A DNA stretch of 63,356 bases, filler included, from Bigelowiella natans CCMP2755 (lineage: Eukaryota; Protista; Cercozoa): the NCBI GenBank assembly GCA_000320545.1. It is 6 parts of 6 records of this genome, joined end to end, with 100 filler letters (N's around TTAATTAATTAA, not from the genome) between each part and the next. Parts side by side here need not be neighbours in the genome. Positions count along the whole stretch, not along the records: positions 1 to 19,768 come from ADNK01001045.1; positions 19,869 to 47,042 come from ADNK01003035.1; 4 more parts are not named here. One strand, written 5' to 3'. Each line of letters starts with the position of its first letter. Position 1 is the first letter of the stretch. Both the position numbers and the translations under genes were made by a program. The notes below the pieces were generated by a model. That model ran no database searches and was not told the DNA's origin. It worked only from the letters and a program-made list of their open reading frames with translations. Below, piece after piece: positions 14,191 through 27,718 of the stretch.

Positions 14191-14493
14191 ACACATATCA
14201 TACTGATAATATTTGTAGACTGTGCTGGACTCTCGAATAATACCTGCAGCTGTATGAGAAGTTTTGTGGTTTGCTGGTCTTTTGCGTGCTGCACTTTCTG
14301 GACCTATGCAGATAATAGCTTCAATCTCTCCGATTGTGAAACACGCTGATGATGGCCCTGGCTGCGAACATACGCAGACGCACGCGCGCGCATCATCGAG
14401 TGGACTGACCGTGGAAGTTGTTAGAGCGAACTTTGCTTCGAGCATTGGAACGAGCTGGAGGAGGAAAAGGAACAAAAACCAGAAACGCATCGC

Positions 14494-14542
<49 letters not shown>

Positions 14543-14726
14543 GTGTGTGTGTGTTAAATTTTTTATATGTATATGTAATCCCCCACTCTGATACGATCAG
14601 AAAAAATTAAGGCCCAGCGGCACGTGGCGCTCTTCCACAGAAGGCGAGGAGCACGTTCTTCAACGTACCTTCTTCGGAACATTATCCAGATTCTTTATCT
14701 CCGCCAAGGAATGAATCTGTAGTAGT

Positions 14727-14758
<32 letters not shown>

Positions 14759-15043
14759 TAGTAGTAGTAGCAATGGAAGTCAATAACACCCTTCATCGTG
14801 CGAATCGCAGCGCAGCGCGCATTCGTCAAGCAGCAGCACCTTCCCATGGGCCAATGCATGCCAGATCGTCATGGCATGAACCGGCTTGAAGTCATTTGCC
14901 TTCAAGAACGCTGACCATCCAAATCGGTATTATTAGTGGCTTCTTACAGTCGATCTAAATTCGAAGATGATCGTAAGGTTGCTACCGATAAGGGCCTGCT
15001 CGTCGAATATGGGCAGTGGGCTGAGATGTCGCCTCTTCGGCAT
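9572..15043 (-). CDS. RlmN-family radical SAM RNA methyltransferase (eukaryotic type)
   Basis: Exons give IETVL, CVSSQ|VGCRMGCKFCATG (CxxxCxxC), NVVFMGMGEPLDN, LAISLHAP, MEYVVIRGVND, NLIPYNP, GQDISGACGQ and DIEDL. ATG at 15043, stop at 9572. Confidence 0.92.
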
Positions 15044-16192
15044 TGGTCAAGTCTGATGATGGGGAGAAGAAAGGAGCACTCATGCTACTACGGCATGAAG
15101 CCAGAGGCAAGAGATCGATAGCGTATGCTCAAGCAGAGGATAAGCACCATATGATAATACCTTTCCGAAGTGTATTTGTTTCGGCCGCTCGTCCTGTAGA
15201 CCCTCTTGAACTCGTGCCAGCTGCCACGAGCCGTACTTTTTACTCCGAGCAGGCGCTGTGGGGCACCATTTCCCTTGTGCCGAAGTTGGGGTTTCACTCT
15301 TCACGCGAGAGGACCTTACATTTTTTATGTTTTATCAAAAAATAGGTTGACGCACTCGATATTTATATGATATTTCCATATGAATGCGAAATTGTGCAGA
15401 AGTCCAAACAAAAAAAATGCCCTCGCTCAGGCCTACTTCTCGGGACTTAGAGGATGAAAACGTTGAAAATGTAGGCCATTCGTTGACACTATCCAACTTC
15501 TGAGTTGAAGTTTTATCACGGTCAGAGGACTAGAAGTAAGAATCAACGAATGTTTTAAATTATGCTACATCCATCCATAAATTCCAATTTTGGCGGAAAT
15601 TAGAAGCCTTATGTTCCATACAGAATGAAAAATCGTGAGACTTTACTTTTTGAAAGAGCAACAAGCTATCTGATTTGTGCTGCTACCTTTCTTTTTAAAG
15701 TATATATTGTGCAAGAAACTTACTATTTCAGGCAAAAAGAAACACATTTTAAAGAATATATCTTACAATTTGAAGTTTCAATCCCTTAAACCCGTGAGAG
15801 ATCGCAATGAACTACTGTTGCTAGATCTGTTTTTTACAAATATATTTTCTGAACACAAACTTGGTTTCAAGCGCCTCGACTCTGGACAAGAAATCAGCGT
15901 CTTCGCAGAATAGAGCCTGTTTTTTTAAACTTTTCACTATTTTAGATGTCTCAAATTTTTATTTACCTCACATTCCCCATCTGCGTACAGCCAGCTGCGC
16001 TTGAAACCGGAATTCAGAGTCTCCACGAGTGAATCTTCACAAAGAACGTAGAAGATATTGCAAATGTCTTTGAATATTACATAGCGACTTGAAAATAATA
16101 CATTTTGAGACAGGAATATAAAGCTTTTGTTGGATTTGGAGAGGTTCTAGAACTCCCGGTAAATCTTAGAGTTTGCACAAATCACTGCAGTC

Positions 16193-17250
16193 ATGTCCGC
16201 CAAGAAGGAATACGGTGAGCTACCTGCTTCGCCACTCCCTTTTTTAATTTCGTCACTAGGACGAATATATTTTTATATGGTATGTGGAAATTGCAATGTT
16301 TCTTTTCTATGGGTTAAACTTAGCTCAAAATCGAAATTCAGTGAGCTATCATCTCAGCGTTTTTCTAGAAATTGTTTGATGTGGTGCAATCTACCACCTT
16401 TCTCAGATTTGCAGCTTAGCAAAGACGATTTTAATTTATTGTTCACTTAGACTCGAAAAAACATGAAAAGGAGGTTGAGGAAATGAGGGAGGTGTTTGAT
16501 CTCTTCGATAAGGATAGGTATTAACGATTGTACACTCTTGAAACGAAACTATCATGAAAATAAAATCACATAAGACAATAATTCCTCCCCCCCCTACTTC
16601 AGCGATGGAACTATTACAATTTCGGAGCTTGGAGTAGTTTTGAAATCCTTGAAGAAAAACTTCAATGAGAAGCAGCTTAAAGAAATTATTAAGAAAGTGG
16701 ACAAAAACGGTAGTACTAGAATAGGGTTTTTCGCACCATAGCAAGCACTTCTGCTGAAGGAATCGTTCGACTATGATGCAGATATTCGGAACCCATCATC
16801 TTCGGAACTGTTATTGTGGGTTGCTGAGTTTGAATTTATGGCTTAGGGGATGGCCAGATCGATTTTGAGGAGTTTCTGAAGATGATGAGCAACCGCGTGG
16901 GAACAAGGAATAGAGACTACGAGTTAAAAGAGGCCTTCAACGTGTTCGATCAGGATGGCGATGGATATATAACCGCGTCAGAGCTTTCCACAGTCATGAA
17001 AACCCTTGGCGAGCAGATTGACAAGGAAACTATCGATCTTATGATTGAAGGCGTTGACCGTGATGGGGATGGAGAAATTGATTTCAACGGTGAGTTGGCC
17101 CCTCTGATGATGATTAACTCTTTGCTGAATTTATTAATGGAGAGGATTAAGATTTATGAAGCATCAGTTTCATAAGTTGATCATAAATTCATACTTTTTC
17201 CCCTTTCTTTATCAGAGTTCAAGATGATGATGGCTGAAGGACCGCAATAA
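16193..17250 (+). CDS. Calmodulin-like protein, four EF-hands
   Basis: Five exons; loops [36 protein letters not shown] and [12 protein letters not shown]. Too divergent to call canonical calmodulin. Confidence 0.92.
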
Positions 17251-18550
17251 ATTTTCTCACGGTTGATAGTCGCAACAATGTAGACATAACGCAGTCGCGG
17301 CATCTAACATGAAAAATAGAGGGGCCGATGACCTAGATCTGCTACGTTAATGACCCCCCCCCTAGAAATGTAAATCTCTATACATTTAAATCTTATCCCT
17401 CCCGGGTAGCCAGCCCCTATTTAGCACACAACACATGTGCATTGTGCATGAAAATTTCATCTGATATGCTAGCGTAGGCTAGTATGGAGTGGACATGGAA
17501 CTGTATGTGTTGCTACCGTCTAGCTAGCTAGCCGCGTGCGTGTACGATCGCCGAAGTGCATTTTTCGCGCGCATCCCTGTTACGTTGGCCTGTCATTGCC
17601 TGCTCTAGCTATAGTGCCATGCGCTATGCTATGCACAGCGCACCACCTGGACATGGATACATGTCGTGCATGTAGCGTGGCAGTAACATGCTAACAATGC
17701 CTGTGGAAATACACGCTGCTACATGCTCTAGTGCTAGCTAGCTAGCTAGCTGCTAGCTAGAGACAACTGCTGTGCCCGGCACTGCTGCTATTATGCTATA
17801 TGCATGTAGCTCCACATGACTAGATGAGCACATAGCTAGCAGATTAGCCCATTGAGCTTTAGAGCTAGCGCAAGCACCAGAGCAGGTAGTAGCAAGCACA
17901 ACACTCACATGCATGCATGTGGAACCTCTGCATGATGAAATGATGAAGCTGTGTGAAGAATGCCGTCATGGCGGAACAAGCAAACAATCAGCAATGCGAA
18001 TGATGCTTGAAAGCTAATAAGAAGGCTAGAAGGCACATGCATGCGACCAAACACCACCTAGACCACCAGCTCTAATTAAATGAAGCTGTAGTAGGCTGGT
18101 GCCACACAGTATGAGACATGTCCAACATGTGCGTGCTAGCGTGTGCGTGCAGCATCGCATGCACACACGTCTTTGCATTGCAGCAGGCAAACTGTGTGCA
18201 GCAGAAGTGTCTGGTGTGATCTTCACATGGATCGCATACGTGATGCATGCTAGCATGTGGAGCTCCATGTAGGGATCATCATCATGCGAAACACACATTG
18301 TGCATTCTAGCATTGCACATTGGAGGTGGTAGTGCCATCGATCGACTAGACAGATCTTGATTGCCAGCTAGCCAGCACGCGTAGCAGCATGCCATTGCAT
18401 GTGTATGCATTGTACGCATCGTGCGCCGGTGCCATCGCATGCGATATCTCACCTCGTATAATCAATCCATGCAGCGCTCAAATGCATTGTTGCTTATGCG
18501 ACTGCTCCCTTTGTTGCCTTCCGGAATTGGCCATGCTTGCATGGAGCGAG

Positions 18551-19628
18551 CTAGTCACTATCACTACTATTCCTACCGCCCACCATCGTCGCCCTACTAT
18601 CCGATTGGCTCTGCTTAGTGTCGGATCCCTTATTCCCATCAGCTCTGCCGATACGAGGAGAGGTGGCGTTGTCACTATCATCATTATGACTATGTTGGTG
18701 TGCGTTAGCCACGTCCTTTTCATCAGCGTGGCTTGCCATCTTTGTGCGGTCGGATGGACGGCCTTCCGGGATCTGCACATGCATTCACGTTACGTGTAAG
18801 TTTTCAGCATCTACATCACCATCACAAATACCACAAAGAACAACTCAGCTGTGCCTCATTCACCCCTCCTCTCCCTCCCCTTTCCTCCTCTCCTCTCAAG
18901 CTGACCAGGAATGGGATGAGAAATAATGGGAGAAACTGTGCGAGCCCAACTACGATGCACACAATCCACCTGAGGACGACGACGTAGAGATGACGCGACA
19001 TTGTGAAGATGACGATGATGTTGATGATAACGATGATGATGATGATAACGATGATGATGATGATAACGATGATGATGATGATAAACGATGAGATGATGAT
19101 GATAACGATGATGATGATGATGACAGTATTGGCGAAGTTAGTGCAATAGTAGTAGTAGGATTACGCAAGCACTCACATTCTGTCAAATTCCCTCTCCTCT
19201 CCAGAGCTGCCATCTGGCCCTACATCCAGGGCCTTGAGCAGTGCCGCACCACCGAAGTCACCGATCACTCGCCCCATGTTTCTAGATCCCGCGAGAAGAG
19301 CGAACATCGTGGCTTCCAAACTAGGAGGTGAAGGTTGTGGGAGGGTGGGGGGGGGGGAGGCGGAGGAGGATGGTGAGTCCGAAGATCATTGGCTACGATA
19401 ATGATGGCGCGGTGATGGCGACGAAAGTGCGAAAGTGCTGCTTCTCGCATATATGTTGTCGTTTGGTGGGGTGGGCAGTTGTACGTGTAATCGAGGGGTG
19501 TGCACTGGTAGTATGTTTGCGGTGGGAATGATGATTGCGGATGATGGGTGATGACAATCGATGATGATCGGTGGTGAAGCATACCCGTCCGGGCAGAGGT
19601 GCGATGTGATAAGTGCCATCGGAACGTA
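18551..19628 (-). CDS. Folate-biopterin transporter (BT1/FBT family), 3' exons; 5' part lost at gap
   Basis: YVPMALITSHLCPDG|LEATMFALLAGSRNMG..FDRMWIVCIVVGLAQFLPLFLIPFL matches the BT1 C-terminal LCP.G.EAT.FALL motif. Confidence 0.8.
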
Positions 19629-19667
19629 CTGTCACATCGATTTTTATTCACGTAAATACGCACACAG

Positions 19668-19736
<69 letters not shown>

Positions 19737-19768
19737 TACGCATTGATGGTAAAGCATAGAATATACAT

Positions 19769-19868
19769 NNNNNNNNNNNNNNNNNNNNNNNNNNNNNNNN
19801 NNNNNNNNNNNNTTAATTAATTAANNNNNNNNNNNNNNNNNNNNNNNNNNNNNNNNNNNNNNNNNNNN
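19769..19868. other. Assembly gap with artificial TTAATTAATTAA spacer (also 47043-47142, 48920-49019, 52003-52102, 61512-61611)
   Basis: An identical 100-nt N/spacer block occurs five times. Confidence 0.97.
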
Positions 19869-19887
19869 TTCCTTCGTGGGAAACGCC

Positions 19888-20228
19888 CGCGGTGGCACCG
19901 CTTTCCTTTCCTGAGTGCGCGCGCGCGAATGAATAGACATGTATCCCCCCCCCCCCCCCCCCTCCTGCCTCAAGTCTCAGCATTCACCTGCCGCAGTGTG
20001 AAAAGATGTGGCGGCAACGAGAGGCTCGAAAACCTCAGAAGGTGCCAGCCTATTGCGCAGCACCTAGCATATTCATATAGAGATTTGCCTATACGAGCAT
20101 AAATATACGCATCGTGCATTTGCGTGTACGTTCGAGAGAGAGAAAGAGAGAGGAGGGGGGGGGAGGGATTATATACATGTCTATTCATTCGCGCGCGCGC
20201 ACTCAGGAAAGGAAAGCGGTGCCACCGC
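19888..20228. repeat. Inverted repeat at contig start (about 57-bp arms), likely artefact
   Basis: 19888-19944 is the reverse complement of 20172-20228; the inner ends abut poly-C and poly-G tracts. Confidence 0.8.
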
Positions 20229-20698
20229 GGCCGGAAGGCTGGAGGCCGTGGACGAAGGAACTCTCAATCGCCGACCTCAACCGATTCAACGTGCTTGCGA
20301 CGTAAAGGCAGAATGACGAGACGGGCATGAGGATGATGCGGGGGGAAGCTTTGCCAAAAAACCACCCGATGTGTTTGTACTTGAACCGGCAACGTGTTGA
20401 AAGACTAGAATAGTTGTGCGTCCATCGTCTCTCTTCTCGCCCCCCCCCCCCCCCTCCCCCCCCTTCCCCAAAAACATCTATATTCCCCCCATCGCAGCAA
20501 AGCATACGAAAGCTTCTCCTTGTGCCGCTGCCCAAACTGCGGGCGCACGTTCTTTGAGTCGGCGTTTCAGCGCCATATTCGAGGCTGCCAAGCCGGTATC
20601 GTATGAGCTGCAAGTACTAGCAGCGAGACAATATATAGCGATATCATCTTTGCCTCTTCTATCCCCCCCCCATGATCGCTAGAGTTGAGAAAGCTACG

Positions 20699-20737
<39 letters not shown>

Positions 20738-20899
20738 ACGCACAACCCTGCCTGTAATCGAGCACAAAGGTTGCTCTCAGTGATATGCTCTGCACTACGA
20801 AATGATGGGTCAGGCAGTATCTACCGACCGGTGAAGCTTCCGCCAGTGCCCCATGGCTGCTTAAGGTTGGTGGAAGGGCGATCCCCTGAGCGAGAATAG
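19981..20899 (+). CDS. C2HC zinc-finger protein (ZNF474-like), 3' exons
   Basis: Exons IHLPQCEKMW.., ERKAVPPRP.. and LCRCPNCGRTFFESAFQRHIRGC (Cx2Cx11Hx3C). Confidence 0.7.
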
Positions 20900-21810
20900 T
20901 GCGTGCGCTCGTAGAGAAGATACCAGTCTGCATTGCTGATGGGACGAGCGATTCAACAATGGCGCAATCGCGCATATGCTTTCCGGCGAAAATTGTGCAA
21001 TCTTTGATGGTCGATGACCCCGGAAATAATATGTTCTCAGGCAGCTGATTGAGTGCAAGCAGTACCTCGCGGCTATGGCTTCTGCGCATGCACAATGCAG
21101 CAATAGCCGAACTGCTGGGGACGTCGGAGATGATGGGAACAGCTCTGTCGGTACGTTCTAAATGCCCGCCCCGACGTGATGGCGCAGTCTCTTTCGACAC
21201 TTTACATGTGTTATACTATAGATCTCATGTACGTTTACTCAGATACTCACTTCTTGTTCATTCGTGCTGCCGCGCAATTGTTACGCCGTGCGCTCATTCA
21301 GCAGGCGCTAAAGCGAAGAGCATCTTGAGGGGATTGAGAGAGCTCGAAAACGGACATGCTACGTGAGTAGCTCTAAGGCCGGCATTAGCTGCCACCAAAG
21401 GGATTGTTATGGGTATATGCGTCACTATTAAATCTAGATCATTATTTTGAGCATACATCAGCTGGGGCTACGATTGTGATACACTGCGCATGCTGTAGCG
21501 CATACAGGCGATAAAATACCTGCGAAGACTAGGGAGTAGTTGCAGCAGCAAAACGCTTAAAATTTTGCAAAGAGAACCATTCGCTAGTACATGTGCTACG
21601 CTGACTCCACGATGCCATCCGTGTGATCGTATCTATCTAGACGATGACGCATGCTAGCATGTATGGCCACGTGATGATGGCTGACACAATCCAAGTGGCT
21701 TATATATTAGCTTGACGTTTGACATTCTGCGCGCGAAGTATATGTCATCCCAAGAAGCCTTTGAATAAAGTAACGGTCGCGCAAAGTAAGGAGTTTAATG
21801 TAACGTCAAC

Positions 21811-22097
21811 TCAATATGAATTACTGCTTTCGATCGGAGGGTACCAGGTCTTGAGCGCTAATGGTAGAACCAATAAGGCTCGCTCACATCTTTGTCGATT
21901 CTCGGCACATGCGTCGTGACGGTGAGACAGCCCATCGCAAAGCTGGGATACAGCAATTTCCTCCGGAAAATTTGCAAGTTCCCGTATGTTTTTTCCCTGT
22001 TCGGAGAAGGGCGTTACGGGTTTCTCCGCAAAAGATGTACTGACACAATACACACTGGGAAGCATGCAACAACCTTCTCGCATGCGGACATTTATAC

Positions 22098-22149
<52 letters not shown>

Positions 22150-23217
22150 TGAGTTTATAGCATACCTCATCGCTCGCCAGCAGGTTTTCGTACATCGAAA
22201 ACGAAGAAGGCAAAAGATCCCCACTGGAGCACACGCTAGCAGAGTGACCAGGACCGCCACGATTTGCGAGGCAAATACGAGCGTCGCGTATAACGTTGAG
22301 AAGATGAGAACCTGATTCAAAAATCGCACGCAAAACATGAGAAACACGCCTTCTTTTGAGTGAGCTCATTCTCGCTCGCGACATGTTCGTTTTAAAATTT
22401 GCAATCAGATGACCAATGCGCCCCTGATAACCGAGCTCTCGTAGCCTAGCATCGGCCTAGGAGATGTGTGGAAAGCATTTGTGTCTTACAGTGAGATGGC
22501 AGTGATAGGGATCCCACGTCTTGAACGTCGCTGTGTATTCTAAACGTTCACCGTGCGTGCGTGCGTGCGCTTTGATTAAATCACATTGAGATATGTTTTT
22601 GCGAAGAAAGATCAAGAGCCAGAACGCATGGCAATAGTCTCTTTCTTTCTCTCATCGTTGCAATACCGTCTCCCACCAAAAACAGCGCACCTACCTGTAG
22701 TACGGAAAGACCTTTTTATGAAAGTATTCTATTCCTAAGAGAACAACACCAAAGGTTCAGAACGGTGAGATGTGAGCAGCCATATCGAATCTGCGCGGAT
22801 ATCATACAATTTTTCTCCCCTTTGACTCAACTTCCTCATTCTTCCCGTTTGTACATAACACGAAGAATGCGTGATGATTCCGCACTAAGTAGTAGCAATA
22901 CTACACCTCTGCTATATCTGCAGTGCTGCGACAACAAGACAGCTGTGCCCGTCCCAAACACGAAGAGGTACCCACCGCACCAGCTCGCGTACCTTTTATT
23001 GCGTTAACGATAAACAACTACGATAACGATGGATTTGACGGACGGCGATGGCAGATAGATGACAGCACAGGCACGGCAAAGAGGAAGGGGAAAGGAGAAA
23101 GAGAAGGACGAGTACCATTTGACTTCTGCTCTTTTGGTAATCGAGATACACTGGCCTGTCAGCAAATGCATTTCAGCTCTGAAGTGGATAATCACCGGCT
23201 CTAATCCATCAGCTACG

Positions 23218-23285
<68 letters not shown>

Positions 23286-25389
23286 TACATATGTTTGTTC
23301 GCATGCTGTAAGCTAAATATGAATGTTCGTAAGATTTTCACGGTGCGCATACAAACCTCGATAATCATATCTCACGGCGAACATGACGAGCGTCACTAGC
23401 ATTCCCAAGTTTAGAAAACCGTATCGCATTGCAGGTCCTTTACATTTACAATGACATTTGCTAAAGCGTCGAAGAAGGACCAGAATCGTACAGCAACACA
23501 CGAAGAAGAGATCATCTTGCCCCTCGCTAGTTTCCAATGCGTGCATTTATGTTACTCACTCTCTTACCGGTGATGAGCAGTGTGTACTGTGACGAAGAGA
23601 AGCAATTGAAGTCAATTCTTGTGTACGGAATCGTAGCTAATGCCAAAGACCCACGACCCCTTTTTGGAGAACAATCCATGCTTTGTGTGTGTGTGTGTGT
23701 GTGTGTGTTTGTGAGAATTTTGCACGTTTCGCTTCTACAATAATCCGTCTTTCCTAGCGATTTATCATAGCGTATTTTATGTATGGCGCTCGTTCCATTC
23801 GCAAACCATGCTCCCACCTGTCGCATGCAAACCCTCGCATAATGTGCTCCGACCTGGGAAAAATAACATTAATTTCCTTTTTTTTTTGGGTAGTGTGTTT
23901 TTATACTTCTCAGCTCGCAACAGCAAATGCGAATTGGTTTCGTTCACTCATTTTCTACGACATTGAACAGTCAAAGCGTGTGTAGTAACTAATCCTGTCG
24001 CATCGAATGTTGCATTGTATCGATTGTGCATACCCGCCAAGGAGAGAGAGCGAAGCGTACACCACGTAAATAGCGTAGAAATTCAACACCGCTGCAACAA
24101 CCGGTGCGTACTCAAAGAAGTTGTCGTTCGCGAGCCATTCAAAATATCTGATTAGACGTCAATACAGCTCATCTTCAGCGAACATTCCACGCAGTTTTGC
24201 ACACCGGGAAAACTGCACAGAAAACGCTTAAATACAGATGTATTTTCCTCATGCGCTATGAATTAGCTAGTTGTCGGTCGATGTTCGCTTACGTCGGTAG
24301 ATTTCCAAAATCCGGTTTCGTTGTGCAATTGAAACACTCCATCTGTTTTTCATTGAAGTGTTAGTTCCTCAGGCTTGCGATAGTTATAAACACATATATT
24401 GATATTGTATTTAAGGCATTCTGGAGTACATTATTTTCCATAACACATTCGTATTGTGTGCAGAACCCAAACGCACTCACAAGCAAGTATACAGCACATA
24501 GACAGGGCCCAGATGTTTCATGTTCATCTATCAATGCACTCGTAGCGCTGCGCGATGATTGTATACACAGACACATACATTATGTACATGTGTCTGTGTG
24601 TGTGTGTTACGTCGCTATGTGTTTGTGTCCATGGATTGTGGATCACCTTCTTGTACACGTCGGGGGAGTCGACCACGAAGTAGACATTCTAACCAAGAGT
24701 TATAGAATCGCGAATATGAAACCAGCTTACGAACGGTCAGAAACGGGAAAGCGCAACATGAAATCCGACAAAGTTTACTGAGATCATATCATACTGGCCA
24801 CCTCGTGCAAACAGTCCCTCGGTTGATAAAAGACGTTGGTTTGTACGCAACTGCACGCACTGGCGCGACTTCCGATCAAATTTCGCGAGAAATTTGCATA
24901 TTTCCAATGCAATGAAACCGTGACTAGTAGCGCCAAAAACGGGGCGAGAATGTAGAACTGGAAAGAGGTTGTGTAGAGATACAATCGCCTCTGAGTGTCG
25001 GAGACCATGAAGCTGGCACGGAACCAGTGGCCTTATTATGATTTTTGGATCATCGACAGAAATGCACAATTATATACTCACTATAGATCGTTCGAAAGTA
25101 AATTGGAATGCATTCACAGTGAAGTCATCATCAGAGTTGGAAGTAAGCTTTAATGCACCCATGGTGAAGTCATCAGAGTTGGAAGTAAATGCATTCATGA
25201 TGAAGTCATCAGAGTTACGTAACTGTCTGCTCGTTCTCTGTCAGGCGTAACGATGACATCCTCATCGTACTCAATTTTACTCTTCTCATCAGAGATGCTG
25301 TTGATAGCCCCATCGTTCTTCGCCTTTGGATCAAGCCCCACCCCTTCGCTCATCTCTTCGTACGATTGATTCGAGGACGAGATCGCCAT
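21811..25389 (-). CDS. Putative multi-pass membrane protein with weak acyltransferase-3 (NRF-6-like) resemblance
   Basis: Hydrophobic exons SFQFYILAPFLALL, APVVAAVLNFYAIYV and VLIFSTLYATLVFASQIVAVLVTLLACAP. The exon chain is not fully resolved. Confidence 0.4.
25107..25217. repeat. Imperfect tandem repeat, three units of about 36-45 bp, intronic
   Basis: AATGCA..TGAAGTCATCAGAGTT(GGAAGTAA) occurs three times. Confidence 0.8.
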
Positions 25390-25858
25390 CGGCAGGCCCC
25401 ACCCGGAGCTTGTTGCTCTGATCTCGTTTGTTCTTCTATTTCAGCGGTTCAGTCCATCTCTGCATCTACAGTCGTACTAGATAATGTAGATAAGTATGCA
25501 CGCGGACGAGCTGGGCAGGTTCAAACAGGCTGGGTAGGTTCTGTTCAGAAAGGGGTCTCCGTCGCCACCGCCGCAGCCATTAGCGCGTACTCGAATACAT
25601 GTAATAGATAACTGAACCCGGGATCCCGGTTTTCAGGATAATTTCCAAAATTACGATGTCCTTTCTCGTAATTTAGAAGAAATTACATTGTCGCACAGAA
25701 GTGGAGGTCGGCCAAAAATTGGGAGTTGCCTCGAATCCTTTTTCGCTGAGAGCGACTTCCTTTTACAAGTATTTCCGATGGAAATCGCCTTATTTTTCGT
25801 AGTAAATATCTTCAATAGAGGCCAGTCGGAGAAGCGTTTCCATCTTCCAATTACCATC

Positions 25859-26857
25859 ATGCCATCCCCCATTCTCCTCCTCCTCTTCCCCATCCTCTCC
25901 GCAGGCCAAAACCTGGTGGATCCCGAGACCATGCTCGAATTCGGCCGTTGGGTCTCCGGCCATGGACGCGAGTACGACTCGATCCAGGAGTTTGCCTACC
26001 GCTTTGAGGTTTTCGCCAAGAACAAGCAACTGGTCGATGCGCATCCGGCTTCCTCTTCCTACACCCTCAAGCTCAACCAATTTGCCGATCTAACGTGGTC
26101 GGAGTTCCGTGAACACTACCTTGGGGCATCGCAGAACTGCTCGGCTACGCATCCACGCCGCGCCTCTTTCGCGATCCTGGCCAACAGGACGGCAGGGCTT
26201 CCGGACAGCGTCGACTGGCGGAAGAAAGGGGTGGTCACAGCCGTGAAAAATCAAGGGCACTGTGGCAGCTGCTGGACCTTCTCGACCACAGGGTGCCTCG
26301 AAGCACACCACGCGATTAAGACGGGTAAGCTGGTCAGTCTCTCCGAACAGAACTTGATCGATTGCGCACAGGCGTTCGACAACCACGGCTGCAATGGTGG
26401 ACTTCCCTCCAAGGCCTTTGAGTACGTCCGATACAACGGAGGCTTGGACACCGAGGACGCTTACCCATACCAAGGTAAGGACGAGAAATGCCGCTTCACT
26501 ACCGCTGGCGTTGGGGCGACCGTGTCGTCGGTTGTGAACATCACGTACCAAGACGAGCAGGAGCTGCAGACCGCCATTGCTAATGCAGGCCCTGTCTCCA
26601 TTGCCTACCAGGTTGCGAGTGATTTCCGCTTCTACCACAGTGGAGTATACGACTCAGATGTGTGCAAGAGCGGCCCGGAGGACGTGAATCATGCTGTTCT
26701 CGCCGTGGGATACGACACCGACGCTAAGAGCGGAAAGGACTACTGGATCGTGAAGAATTCGTGGGGTACCTCGTTCGGTATTGACGGCTACTTCTACATC
26801 AAGCGTGGCTCAAACATGTGCGGACTGGCTGATTGCGCATCCTATCCTGTCGTTTGA
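25859..26857 (+). CDS. Cathepsin H-like papain-family (C1A) cysteine protease, intronless, 332 aa
   Basis: Signal peptide [17 protein letters not shown]29 prodomain ([15 protein letters not shown]), mini-chain QNCSAT, and catalytic [12 protein letters not shown] and KNSWG. Confidence 0.95.
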   Translation: MPSPILLLLFPILSAGQNLVDPETMLEFGRWVSGHGREYDSIQEFAYRFEVFAKNKQLVDAHPASSSYTLKLNQFADLTWSEFREHYLGASQNCSATHPRRASFAILANRTAGLPDSVDWRKKGVVTAVKNQGHCGSCWTFSTTGCLEAHHAIKTGKLVSLSEQNLIDCAQAFDNHGCNGGLPSKAFEYVRYNGGLDTEDAYPYQGKDEKCRFTTAGVGATVSSVVNITYQDEQELQTAIANAGPVSIAYQVASDFRFYHSGVYDSDVCKSGPEDVNHAVLAVGYDTDAKSGKDYWIVKNSWGTSFGIDGYFYIKRGSNMCGLADCASYPVV

Positions 26858-27718
26858 TGGTCACGGGCATTTGGCCTGCTAGCCACTGCACCTGAGTTGC
26901 AGTCGACTTAGTGTATGTGGAGGGAGCTAATTCCATGCAGATAAAACGTCCCTGCTCACCGTTTGGTACACGGCATCGCAATTGTGGAAATGGAAGCTTC
27001 ATTCTTAAGATTCAAAGTTTCAATCATAATTTTGAGATGGCATGAAATTCAGACTTCACAGTTTGCAAAAAACATTACAAACGTACCGAAACGAGGGTGT
27101 ATGTGTGCCATCGCATCTATCTGTGCAGGCGTGCGATGCAGCTAGTGTGAATGTGGGCAAATCGCAATGAAGGCAAGGTGTTATCGATACGTACATGTAG
27201 AACATGCAAGGCATGTACATGTGCTGCGTTGTCTTAGCCGCCAGCATGGCAGGCTTGCTTCATGCACATTGTTGGTCTAGCTACGCGATGACAGTTCTAG
27301 AGTTGCCAGATGAGCAGCAGATTTAACTAGCTAAGCGCATCTTCATTTGTTGCGCTCTATTCGAGCACCACATCTAGACATATTGTCATTGCATGAGTCA
27401 CTTGTTTGTTAGCTAACGACAAGCACACTGAACATGTGCAACATGCTAGCATGCGCACATGTGCTCTGTCTGTAGTTGCACATGTGCCATCACTGTGTCT
27501 GTGATTTGGGATTTAGTTTGTCAAGGTTTTCAGATGAGATTTGGAATGCACGTTGATGTCGCACCAACATGCGAGCACTTCTGTTCCCACATTGTTCAAA
27601 AAGAATTGCTAGCATGGCTAGATGGCTGCTTGCTGCGGCTACATACGATGCATGCAGTATGCAGCTGTTAGTACAACTCACAGAACATTGAATCATAGAC
27701 ACAGTCGTGCTATATGCT

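Noticed and set aside
4090-15043. AIRIM-like, DPH7 and RlmN (plus NOP2) as a translation gene cluster
   Set aside because: They act in different pathways and are interspersed with unrelated genes, which is compatible with chance.
19813-19824. TTAATTAATTAA motif repeated five times
   Set aside because: It is always centred in an N run, so it is an artificial scaffold spacer.
25107-25217. Tandem repeats here and at 50357-50440 as CRISPR-like arrays
   Set aside because: There are no unique spacers or cas genes, and the context is eukaryotic.
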